This document shows positions 52,301 through 64,000 of a DNA stretch of 64,000 nucleotides, in pieces; the first letter of the stretch is position 1; every line of letters starts with the position of its first letter. The stretch is from Octopus vulgaris. Taxonomy: Eukaryota. The notes beneath the pieces were generated by a model that saw only the letters and a list, made by a program, of their open reading frames with translations, ran no database searches and had not been told where the DNA came from. Both the position numbers and the translations under genes were made by a program. The DNA lies in contig OX597817.1 of the NCBI GenBank assembly GCA_951406725.2, positions 148,676,001 through 148,740,000 of the forward strand, given 5' to 3'.

Positions 52301-53829
52301 CACCGAAAATGATGCTTGAAGGCCGCCATAAGTCGTGTACGACAGCCTTATACATAGGCTGGCACAGCATGACTCGAGAGGAAAAGGTTACATGATCAAC
52401 TAGCAGATTTAGTAATGGTGTTGTTGTGGTTGGTGGTGGTGGTGGTTGTGGAATTGGTGGTGCGGCTGGTTGTGTGGTTGCTTCTGGAGATGTTTGCGTT
52501 GTTGAAAAATTGATAAATGCATTTCGATTTTATCATGGTCAAAGTGCTAACTGCAAATTACTTGCCCTCTATCTGTCATTGATGCCACTCAACTGAAGAG
52601 ATATATGTGCGTGTTTGTTTGTATGAATGTATGTATGTGTGTGTGTCTGAACATTCGCGTTTGTGTAATTGTTCTATATGCAACTGAGAACTTGATGAAC
52701 CAACTAGTAACCGTACATGGTTTGATCTTAATCTTTTCAAAATGTTGCACCTCATACATGAGGCTGCGTCCATACACACGTATTTGTTGCGAGTGATTTG
52801 TTGTTTAGTGACGTTTGTGCATTTGTCGCCCATAATCCAGAGGAGATGATGTTGCAACGAAAAAGCTATTTGAAAATTAACATCGAGAAGTCGGAAGCTC
52901 TTCATTGGCCCTCATCCTTACTCGAGCCTTCCAATGCAACCTGAGCACAATCATTATCGAAGATAAGAATCTCGTAGGGGTAACCTACTTTATGTATATG
53001 ATCTTATAGCCTCATTACATCGGACTTCATGGATCTCTCCCCCCTCTCTTTCCTGTGGTGTTGACCTTCGGCACCTCAAACAGAACATTAACGCCGCAAA
53101 TCTTATCAATCTCAGAAAGCCTGTAAGAGTCGTGTGTTTTGAAACTTCCTACACATTAGACCAAGTAATACAGATGCGCACATACCTACACATGCATATT
53201 CGCATAATGTATCTTGTTAAAAGAAGGTTGTGTTTTAGGAAAGAAACGGGCTTTTCCTTCTAGCAGGTCATTCGAGGACACACAACCCGCGCTTTCTTTG
53301 TTCGCCTTTTTAAATTACACGTAGATAACGTAGGAGACTTTGTACATAATTAGCTTTACTTAACCAAGTATATTATTTGTTTAGAGACTATAGTATTTGG
53401 TTTCAGTAAATAGTGCCGATAAATGAATAGTTACCAGTTGTGTTATAGTTATTTTCTTGTACGGTATGAAGGAGACGCGTTATAGGAGTAACACCATCTG
53501 ATGAACATGTGGATCAGGATAAATTTTCAATGACCCAAATGGTTATTTCAAGTACATTCTGTTGTTTGTTTCAGTTGTTTTACTGCAGCCACGCTGGGGC
53601 ACAGTCTAGAAGAGTTTTAGTTGAACAAATCGATTTCAGTACATATTTTGTTTCAAAGTGTAGTACTTAGTCTATTGGTTTCTTTTGCAGAACCGCTAGG
53701 TTACGGGGAAAATAAACAAACCAACACCGGTTGTAAACTGGTGTGAGGGATAATGGCAAAAACAAGGTCACCCACATGTTCACGCAGAAACGCAAATACA
53801 CATATATGTACGTTGCTAAATCTACAAGA

Positions 53830-53990
53830 TTTTCTTACTCTCTCTTTATTTTCTCGTATTCCTTTCTGTTGAAGAGCGTAAGCTCGAAACGTAAAAGACT
53901 TTTCCACTTTCCCGAGCGTCAAACCAATACACCCGTGTGTTGTTCATACACCTGACTTCGTCTTTTGTTTTTCTGTAAACTTCAACTATA
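53830..53990 (+). repeat. Dispersed repeat family C with hammerhead-like motif (53862-53897)
   Basis: CTTT-CTGTTGA-A-GAGC(GTAA)GCTC-GAAA-CGTA-AAAG. Confidence 0.7.
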
Positions 53991-54279
53991 CACACATACA
54001 TATTTGCAGAAATAAGAGACCAGAAGTCACTATATGAATTAAATTAGATTTAACGGACCTTCTTCCTAGATGTAATGCTTAAAAACCACTGCTAAAATGA
54101 CCACCGATATTCAAGCAACTTTCTTGTCAAACTCTGTTATTTAATTGTCTTTATTTGATGAGATTTATCTAAATTAAGCTGTCAAACTTAAACATTAAGT
54201 AGTTAAAAGTTTTACTTTGGTTAGCAATATAACGTTAAAGAAATAATCACTACTATTACCACTGTGGCTATTAGATTTG

Positions 54280-54503
54280 CAATCATCTTCATCATTATCG
54301 TCGTCGTCATATCATTATCGCTAACATCGCTATCATCACCTTCACGGTCATCAGTCTCGTTATCAGTATCATCAACATCGTTATCATCGTCGCCGTCGTC
54401 ATAGTCATCATCATCATCATCATCGTCGTCGTCGTCATCACCATCAGCACCACCAGTGGAAAATCATCATTAGGATTACCGTGATCGTTATCATCGTCAT
54501 CAT

Positions 54504-54562
<59 letters not shown>

Positions 54563-54622
54563 CCATCATCAACATCATCATCATCATCTTCTTCTTCTTC
54601 TTCTTCTTCTTCTTCTTCTTCT

Positions 54623-54663
<41 letters not shown>

Positions 54664-54773
54664 ACCATCGCCACCGTCCTCAACATCATTGTTGTCACCA
54701 TCGTCAACACTACCATTATCATTTTTTATCATCTTCATCATTTTTATCGAAGTAGTCACCGTCGTCGTCGTCG

Positions 54774-54826
<53 letters not shown>

Positions 54827-55004
54827 GCCATTATTATCATCATCATCATCACCATAATCTTCATCATCAGTGGCATCATCATTATAATTACCATCATCGT
54901 TACCATCATCATCATCAGGAGTAGCATCAGCAGCAGCGTCTTCATCATCGTCAGCATCACCACCGTCATCATCATCCTCATCATCGTCGTCATCGTCGTC
55001 ATCA

Positions 55005-55035
<31 letters not shown>
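54280..55035. repeat. (CAT)n-dominated triplet tract with (CTT)n and (CTG)n blocks
   Basis: Directly visible. The poly-M/D/H/I ORFs are artefacts. Confidence 0.9.
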
Positions 55036-55037
<2 letters not shown>

Positions 55038-55520
55038 CGACAATTATAATTCCGGTACGCAATTCAAATATGTTTCTCCAATACCATGAAGCACTGACAA
55101 CTACTAATATTGGTGCCACTTAATTAAGGTTAATCATCAAGATAATTTCATGAATTTCAAATACGAGTAAATTTTGAAAAAATATTAAAGTACACATGAC
55201 CATTGTAATAAAAATTCTAATTTTCGATTCATGTATTTATAGATTTTTTTTAATGTTTATTTCGTTTGTATTTACTAATTTGTCAGCAAGTTAATTTCTT
55301 ATTTTAAGATTGTGAGTGTTTAATGAATGATAATAACTCAGCCATTTCCGTGGCCCCGGAAAATCTGAGTAAACGAAGATTTCATAAGTTAAACGTCAGT
55401 TTGCTGAAGACAAGATTGCATACTTAATTCTCAATATTCTTTCGTGACAATTTTTTTTCTTTTTTTTATGCTTAAATAATCTCGTTTACATAAAACTCAC
55501 GTACACCAACGACTCATATT

Positions 55521-56150
55521 AATGTTCGACTCTAAGCAAAAGGCCCGAAATTCTTAGGGAGGGGCCCATTCGATTAGATCGACCCTTGTATGCAACTGGT
55601 ACTGAATTTATTGACCCCGAAAGGATGTAAGGCACAGTCGACCTTGGTGGAATTTGAACTCAGAACGTAAAAACAAACGAAATACCGCTACGCATTTCGG
55701 CCGACGTGCTAGCGTTTCTACCAGCTCGCCGCCTTCAACAACACATATTCATTCCTATTCTAAGATGGAACAACGCCCAAAATTTAAGAGGAAGGGCCAG
55801 TCGATTAGGTCGACCCCAGTGCGCAGCTGGTCCTTAATTTATCGATCATGAAAGGATGACAGGCACAGTCGACCTCGGCTGAATTTGAACTCAGAACGTA
55901 AAGGCAGACAAAATACCTATTTCTTTACTACCCACAGGGGGCTAAGCACAGAGGAGACAAACAAGGACAGACAGACGGATTAAGTCGATTATATCGACGC
56001 CAGTGCGTTACTGGTACTTAATTTATCGACTCCGAAAGGATGAAAGGCAAAGTCGACCTCGGCGGAATTTGAACTCAGAACGTAACGGCAGACGAAATAC
56101 AGCTACGCATTTCACCCGGCGTGCTAACGTTTCTGTAAGCTTGCCGCCTT
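55521..56150 (-). mobile_element. Two adjacent SINE family A copies
   Basis: Heads at about 55735 and 56150. Repeated site CAA..AC(A/T)CATATT at 55507, 55736 and 56151. Confidence 0.85.
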
Positions 56151-57954
56151 CAAGGACACATATTACGAGCCAGCAATGTAGTATCTCCACCAGGTCTTTC
56201 AGTTCGGTACAAATGGCAACGAATTGTATCTTTAATTTCAGCCGACCGTTTTAATAAAAGAAAAGCATAAATCAGTAAAGCGTATTTTTTTAAAATGGGA
56301 GGGTGAAATTTAAGTGAGATTTCGTTTCATTTCTAGTAAATGTGAGTGACTAGGTTGAGCCGATGTTTGCTTGCGATCTAGTTAAACCCAGGTCTTTTTG
56401 CCTAAAAGACAACGGTTTTGTGAACTACTGCAAATTATTTATTCATAGGTGCTTGACAACCAGTGTTAGTGTGTTTACGTTCTCGTGACTTAGCGGATCG
56501 GCCGAAGTCTAATGAGTGAAACTACTAAAAATATTACAAGATAAAATACGTTTACTCCAAAAGTGTCGCTTTCTTGTGCTTTTCTTTTGATCAGGATTCA
56601 CTTTCAGAGATAAAGGTTACGAATATTTGGTGATTCAACAGTGAGTGTATGTGTGTGTGTATGTGTGCGCGCGCCCGCCCGCGTGTATATGTCTGCCTGC
56701 GTGTTTGTATACGCATATTGGCAGTAATATGGTGTGTTACAAATAAATAAATATTGACGTGACCGCTGATTATTGAAACAGACGTACATTTCATTTACTA
56801 TCAGCGACTCACGGCTGGGCGAACATCAGGGTTGTATTGTAGCATAATAGGCCATTATATGGTGGCACAGAGAGATGGCCGACTCATTCGATTGTAGTAC
56901 TTGACTGATGTATTTATCTTCTCGACTATTTATATATTTAATACAACAATTATTTTACACGAGTATATATCTTTCTGAAAAATTTTCTATTACTGTTTTC
57001 CTGATATTAATAATAATATATTATAAAATATATATAATCACTCGTATTAAATATATAAATACTTTATTAGTATTAATACTTTGACACGATAGAGCACTCA
57101 CCATAAATTCAGTATATAGTATTCTCATTGAATATATTCAACTAAAGACTGTGCGAGAATAAAATGCTTTGGTGTCCTTTTGAACCCTGAGAACATATAA
57201 AATGTCTTCGGTGAGATTTTGGCTTAAAGTACAAAGCGAAAGCACCGGAACGGATCTTCCAATCGTTTCGGTGGGATTGCATTATATCTGGAAATAATAT
57301 AATGAAAAGCAACACAATAATACTTTGGTCTGATTTGAGCACAGGGACAATAATGCCAGGAGAGTGTGTAAGTTGATAACATTGATGCCAATACTTTACT
57401 CATACTAATTTTATCGTTCCAAAAGGGTGAAATGCAAAAGAAATGATAAAGATAGGATTCGAGCGCGGAACGCAAAGAATTGGGACCAGCACTGCAAAGC
57501 ATACTTTTCTGCCAGATCGCATTCTTAATTAAATAATTCTAGTTTAGGCACAAAGCCAGCTATATTAGCAGGAATTATTTGTCAATGCAATCATGATTGG
57601 TACTCTATTTAATCGGCCCTGGAAGGATGAAAGGTGAGTTTACTTTAGTATGGTTTGAACTCACAGAGAAAAAATTAAAAAAAAAACTATACAGCACATT
57701 GTCCGACACTATTCGACCCGCTTACTGCCTTAAACCAGTACTATGATAATTTCTTCTAAGTTTAAGTACAAGCTCAACAATTTTGAGAGAAGTGGTTAGT
57801 TGATTAGATCGACACCAGTACTCAACTGGTACATATTATATCGACCCCCTAAAGGATAAAAAGCAGAGCTGACCTCTACGGAATTTGAACCCAGGAAGCA
57901 AAGACTAAACCTTTTGTCTGCTATACTAATGATTTTGCCAGCTGGCCACTTTGA

Positions 57955-58031
<77 letters not shown>

Positions 58032-58043
58032 TAATAATAATAA

Positions 58044-58124
<81 letters not shown>

Positions 58125-58136
58125 CAATAATAATAA

Positions 58137-58575
58137 TATTCTGCTCAATACCACAGATTTGCTTGTCAGTTGTTTGACCTTAACCAGTTGAGCATGTCCC
58201 TTAGTGGCTGACGATATGTGCATCTCTGATCACGAGCAGAAGTAGTGGGAGAGCATCATAGCCGTGTGTTGAGCGGTATTCTTTGGGGCTTGAATAATTG
58301 ACCTCTAGAAACATGGATGTTTCGTTCAACATCCTTAAACAACCCTTATTCAGGGGCCATTTGAGCAAGATGGGCTACTCGACCTGAAGGAAATTCTAAC
58401 TGGGCCCCATGTGCAAGGTCATTTGTTGTTTATCTTGATATAAGGTCGTGCACATATGATTGTGATGCATTTGTCTTGTGGACCCTTATCAAACGAGTGG
58501 TCGTAATGGATATACTGGTTTTCGTATATTTTTACCTCAATGTCACTTTGATGGCATGCACTGCTCTCTCACTCA
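58137..58575 (+). mobile_element. Non-coding repeat X in (AAT)n, copy 1
   Basis: Homologous to 59215-59628 (TTCTGCTCAATA.CAC.GATTTGCTTGTC...CCCTTAGTGGCTGACGATATGTGCATCT). Flanked by AAT tracts. Confidence 0.75.
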
Positions 58576-58586
58576 AAGATAATAAT

Positions 58587-58627
<41 letters not shown>

Positions 58628-58638
58628 TAATAATAATA

Positions 58639-59067
58639 GAGAAATTAAGGCCAACAGACCAGATATAGTTGTCAGAGATCATGAAGAAAAAAAATGCTTT
58701 CTAATTGATGTATCAATACCGGCTGATGACAACGTGTCTCTAAAAGAAATGGAGAAACTCTCAAAATACAAAGACCTGGAAATAGAGGTAACTAGAATGT
58801 GAAATCTGAAAACAGAAACAATTCCTATCATAGTAGGTGCATTAGGCATGATAAAAAAATATTCAGACAAATACATAACAAAAACACCAGGACTTACAAA
58901 CACATATAACATACAGAAAATTGCACTACTAGGCACTGCACACATCCTACGCAGAACACTTTCCATACAATAACCATCAGAGCATCACAACAAATCACAG
59001 CACATACCCAAGGCACACAGAGCTGCGCTCGGTAGTGAAGTGAAAGCACGCTATAAAAATAAAACTA

Positions 59068-59070
<3 letters not shown>
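58639..59070 (+). mobile_element. 3' fragment of an R4/Dong-like LINE in (AAT)n
   Basis: REIKANRPDIVVRD..CFLIDVSIP.DDNVSLKEMEKLSKYKDLEIE. The 3' UTR ends in AAT repeats. Confidence 0.88.
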
Positions 59071-59114
<44 letters not shown>

Positions 59115-59115
<1 letters not shown>

Positions 59116-59628
59116 TGCAATACTAGACAGTGGCTCTCGTGGCTTCTGATCTTAACTGATTGGAAGTGTTATCATGTACATTGTTTTATCTTGGTATAAA
59201 AGTTGCGCTACAGCAAATTTTCTGCTCAATATCACCGATTTGCTTGTCAATTGTTTGACATTAAGCAGTTGACCATGTCCCTTAGTGGCTGACGATATGT
59301 GCATCTATGATCATAAGCAAAAGTAGTGGGGGAGCATCATAGTCGTGTGTTGAAAGGAATTTCTAAGAGGTTTGTATAATTCACCTTTGGAAACACGGTT
59401 GGTTTGTTCAACATCCTTAAACAATCCTTATTCAGGGAACTTTTGAGTGGGATGGGCTACTCGACCTGAAGAAAATTCTAACTGGGCCCCACCTGCAAGG
59501 TCATGCGCTGTTTATCTTGATATGAGATCACCATGGCACGCACACATGGTTGTGATGCATGCGCCTGGTGTACTCTTATCAGACGGGTAGTCATCATGGG
59601 TATACTCGGCTTCGCATATTTTACCCCA
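59115..59628 (+). mobile_element. Non-coding repeat X in (AAT)n, copy 2
   Basis: Homolog of 58137-58575 with about 100 bp extra at the 5' side. Confidence 0.75.
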
Positions 59629-59685
<57 letters not shown>

Positions 59686-60054
59686 CCTTCCCTCTACAGC
59701 AAAAGGCCTATACTTAATTTACCGACGCTGAAAGGATGAAAGGCAAAGTCGGCGTCAGCGAAACTTGTGCTCAAAACTTAAAGACGGACGAAATGATGCT
59801 AAACGTTTTGTACGGCGTGCAAATGGTTCTGTCAGCTCACCGCCTTAGAAATAGCACAATAAGTTTTTAAATTTCCGCACAAGGTCAGCCGTTCCTGGTT
59901 AGGGTGTAAGTTGATTACATCAACCCCCATTGCTTAACTGGTATTTTACTGACCACGTAAACATGAAAGGCAATGCGGATGGCTGTGTGGTAAGTAGATT
60001 GAGGATATATTGCTCCATCCAGCCACAAAGGGCTTGACTGGTTCATATTCTTTC

Positions 60055-60472
60055 TTTTCTTCTACTTGTTTCAGTCATTTGACTGCGGCCATGCTGGAGC
60101 ACTGCCTTTAGTCGAGCAAATCGACTCCAGGACTTATTCTTTGTGCGCCTAGTACTTATTCTATCAGTCTCTTTTGCCGAACCGCTACGTTACGGGGACG
60201 TAAACACACTAACATCGATTGCCAAGCGATGGTGGAGGGACAAACACAGAACACAAGCATATACACGCAGACACACACACACACACACACACACATACAC
60301 ATATATAGGACGGGTGTCTTTCAGTTTACCTCTACCAAATCCACTCACAAGGCTTTCGTCGGCCCGAGGCTATAGTAGAAGACACTTGCCCAAGTTGCAA
60401 AGCAGTGGGACTGAACCCGGAACCTTGTGCTTTGTAAGCAAGCTACTTACCACACAGACACTCCCGCACCTA
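60055..60472 (-). mobile_element. Full-length SINE family B
   Basis: Reverse complement of the 20414 type. Confidence 0.9.
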
Positions 60473-60809
60473 TGTACAGTTTTCCTTCTAAACTAAACGA
60501 TAAAAAAGGATGACCTGCCTTTGAATACCTTGTGTTATTTCAGTCTAAGAAGTGATTTTAACCTTAATTTTTGACTCTCAACAAAAATCAACCGTTAGAA
60601 TTCGTACCAGACTTTGTACAAGATTCGAAATAATTGCTTAATGGTCATTGGGAATTTTACTCCAGTATGGTAGCGATGCAACGCATGAAGCCAATAGAAA
60701 AATATTAGAATATAGAATCCTTTTCTTTTTCTATCAACTGTAATAGGTGTAACTATTAATCTGTATAATTAACAAGCGTAACTATTAATCATTAGATGAA
60801 ATCATTAAC

Positions 60810-61078
60810 ATCATGATAATCATATTCCTTCTCATTCCCTCTCCTCCTCCTCCTTATCATCATCATCATCATCGTCATCATAATCATCATCGGCGGCGGC
60901 GGCGGCAGCGGCATCATCATCATCAAAATAAGCATCGCCCTCATCATTGTCGTTATCGTAATTTGCATAATCATCATCATCATTATTATTATCATCAAAA
61001 TCATTCTTATCATTCATTATCACTGGCATCGTGTAACAAGAATCATTACTTTCATCATCATCATCATCATCATCAACC

Positions 61079-61125
<47 letters not shown>

Positions 61126-61635
61126 GTTGTCGTCATCATCATCATCGTTGTCTACATTGTATTCATCTTCATCATCATCGCTATTAACAACATCTACAAG
61201 TACCACATCGTCATCATAGTCATCATGGCCATTCCCTTCGTCGTCGTCGACGTCGTCCTCGTCGTCGTCGTCGTCGTCCGCGTCGTCGTCGTCGTCCGCG
61301 TCGTCGTCGTCGTCCGCGTCGTCGTCGTCGTCCGCGTCGTCGTCGTCGTCCGCGTCGTCGTCGTCGTCCGCGTCGTCGTCGTCGTCGTCGTCATCATCAT
61401 GAACAACAACAACAACAACAACCACAATCACAATAACAACAGCCTCATCGTAATCATCATCGTCCACGCTCTTGTACTCGTCGTCTTCCCTCATCATCCG
61501 CCATCAGTGCTCTCCCCTTCCCCCTCCTCCTCCTCCTCCTCTCCCTTCCTGCTCCTTCTTCCCTCTCACCATCATCACGATCGTCATCAGCCTCCTCATC
61601 ATCACCATTACAATCACTCATCATCATCGTCATTA
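60810..61635. repeat. (CAT)/(CGT) triplet tract including an 18-bp minisatellite CGCGTCGTCGTCGTCGTC
   Basis: About 6 copies of the 18-mer at 61270-61390, within CAT-rich low complexity. Confidence 0.85.
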
Positions 61636-61897
61636 ATATCTCTTTAAATCATTTTTGCTCTTATGTGTAATCCATCATTTACTCCGGCTTTGCTTAAACA
61701 TTCCACTTTGATAACAGCGTCATTTACATCGAGAAGGACGTTACTATAGCAACAGAGCTTTTTAGAGATTATTGATTTTAAAATTATACGTTAGGGGTAT
61801 TATCGAAACGAAAATTAACCAAATCTCATTTTTATTTAATTTTTTATTATTATAGATATATACATACATATACATACATACATACACATACATACAC

Positions 61898-61966
<69 letters not shown>

Positions 61967-62553
61967 CATACATACATATATACATATATACATTTGCATA
62001 ACTATGTATGTGGTTATATGCTAATGTGCGTGCGACTGTCGCTCTATGCGTAAGCGCATGTCTTGCATTTTCCGTATTTTTTTTTTTAATGTTAAATATT
62101 TAACTTTTGTCTTTTTTTTTTCCTTTAATTTCTTTTGTTCTAAGACAGCGAGTAATCGATGCTATAATGCCCGAAAAAATAGGTTCTCTAAGTAGCTTCA
62201 TTAATAAAAATAATTTTAATACTAGTTAATAGTCTGCCAACTAATGAAGTGAATGCTAAACAGTAAAGGGGAAATGGGAGGCTTTTTAACGATAAGTGGT
62301 GCGAAAGTGTTTAATTGGATTTTTGATGTTCGCTGTTTAAACTATAGCACGAACCAGCTTTCATTCCAGCCTTTAGGTCATCCATATTTGTTTTCGAAAC
62401 GTAGGATGAAATATTTAGGAGTATTTTCCAGTAAATACATTTTATATTTAAACATGCAAGTGAATATGTATGCGTGTGTGTACATATAGAATTTTTAATA
62501 AACCTGTTTTATGCATATATATATATAAATATATATGTATATATACATATACA

Positions 62554-62602
<49 letters not shown>

Positions 62603-62940
62603 CATATACCTAAGTGCGCGTCTGTGCGTGTGTGTGTGTGTGTGTGTGTGCGTGTGCGTGAGGGAGTGTATACAGACACCCACATGGTGGAAGAAGGAAT
62701 GGCAGTGATATTTTGTAGTAAATAGCAGTTTCAAATTTGGGCGCAAGGCCTGTAATTTCGGGGGGTGGAGGGACGATGGTAATGCGATTACATCGACCCC
62801 AGTGTTTGACTTGTATCACATTTATCGTCCCCTAAAGCGACAAAAGACGAAGTCGGACTTCAGAATGTAAAAACGGACAAAAGTAGTTGCAAATATAGCA
62901 TAAACCTGTAGGTGTATATAGATGTATGTATATATTTGTG

Positions 62941-63014
<74 letters not shown>

Positions 63015-63054
63015 TATATATATGTATATGTATGTACGTATGCAGGTATATTAT

Positions 63055-63212
63055 GTATAGTTTTCTGTTTATTTACTTGTGCTCCTTTCTGTTGAAGAGC
63101 GTAGGCTCGAAACGTAAAAGACTTTCTCACCTTCCTGAGCCTAAAACTAATACATCTGCTTGTTGTTTAAACACCTGCCTTCGTCTTTTATTTTTCTGTA
63201 AATTACAACTAT
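63055..63212 (+). repeat. Dispersed repeat family C with hammerhead-like motif (63085-63120)
   Basis: CTTT-CTGTTGA-A-GAGC(GTAG)GCTC-GAAA-CGTA-AAAG. Confidence 0.7.
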
Positions 63213-63263
63213 ATATATATATATATACACACATAAATATACATATAAATATGCATATGTATC

Positions 63264-63307
<44 letters not shown>

Positions 63308-63949
63308 CACATAGAAAGAGAGAGAGGGAGATTGATATATATATATAGAGATATGGATAGATAAATGGATAGGTATATATATATATATATATATACATAC
63401 ACACACACATGCTTATATAAACAAATACACGCGTGAGTGTGTGTGTGTGTGTGTATGTACCTATGTGTGCGTGTATTGTTATAGATTTTCATTGTAATTT
63501 CTTCCTTGCAGTTTGGTATATTTTTTATATTCCTCTTTATTATTTCTTGTTTTTGTTAAAAATTACGAATTTCTTTCTATTTGTTGCTTTTGTTAATTAA
63601 ATTTGCAAATAACATATCTTTGTTCTAAATCGTTTTAATTCAATTCTCCTTCGATTTGTTTTTGATTTTTTTTTACAGATTCACTTTATCCATTGTGACG
63701 AGAAACTGATCGAACAATGCAAACTTGTGCGATATCATAATTTTATAATCAATGGACATGAAGATAAAAGCAACGTTATTTTGATGAACATTTCACCATA
63801 AACAATGAGCAACGACATATGTGAATATCATAAATAATATAAGTAATATATATTGGCTTACTAGATGTTAAGAGGAAGATCATGTTTGATGTCTATATAT
63901 AAAATAATTAATCAAAACAGAACAGTGTGGTAATACCTATGCACAGTTA

Positions 63950-64000
63950 AGGCGGCGAGGTGGCAGAAACGTTAGCACGCAGGGCGAAATGCTTAGCAGT
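63950..64000 (+). mobile_element. SINE family A head (runs off window)
   Basis: AGGCGGCGAGGTGGCAGAAACGTTAGCACG..GGCGAAATGCTTAGC. Confidence 0.85.

Overview
This is AT-rich, microsatellite-dense eukaryotic DNA. It is most likely an octopus (cephalopod) intronic or intergenic region, inferred from the SINE families and the (TA)n/(CA)n/(TAA)n/(CATA)n load; this was not verified by a search. I found no intact host gene, and most ORF-track entries are translations of microsatellites. The window is a mosaic of mobile elements: (1) two abundant tRNA-type SINE families; (2) a 5'-truncated CR1-group LINE; (3) several R4/Dong-like restriction-endonuclease LINE pieces sitting in (TAA)n or (CATA)n tracts; (4) RTE fragments; (5) a full-length but inactivated IR/DR Tc1, an internally deleted mariner and a decayed Tc1/mariner-superfamily transposase; (6) foldback/MITE palindromes; (7) Penelope-type repeats carrying hammerhead-ribozyme-like motifs. 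The most interesting signals are a 5S-rRNA head fused to the tail of the common SINE (candidate SINE3), a repeat family with a non-canonical CUGUUGA hammerhead core, a SINE/LINE shared 3' tail with a covarying hairpin, repeated re-use of the same insertion sites, and a candidate 45-nt micro-exon. All alignments were done by eye, so boundaries are approximate.
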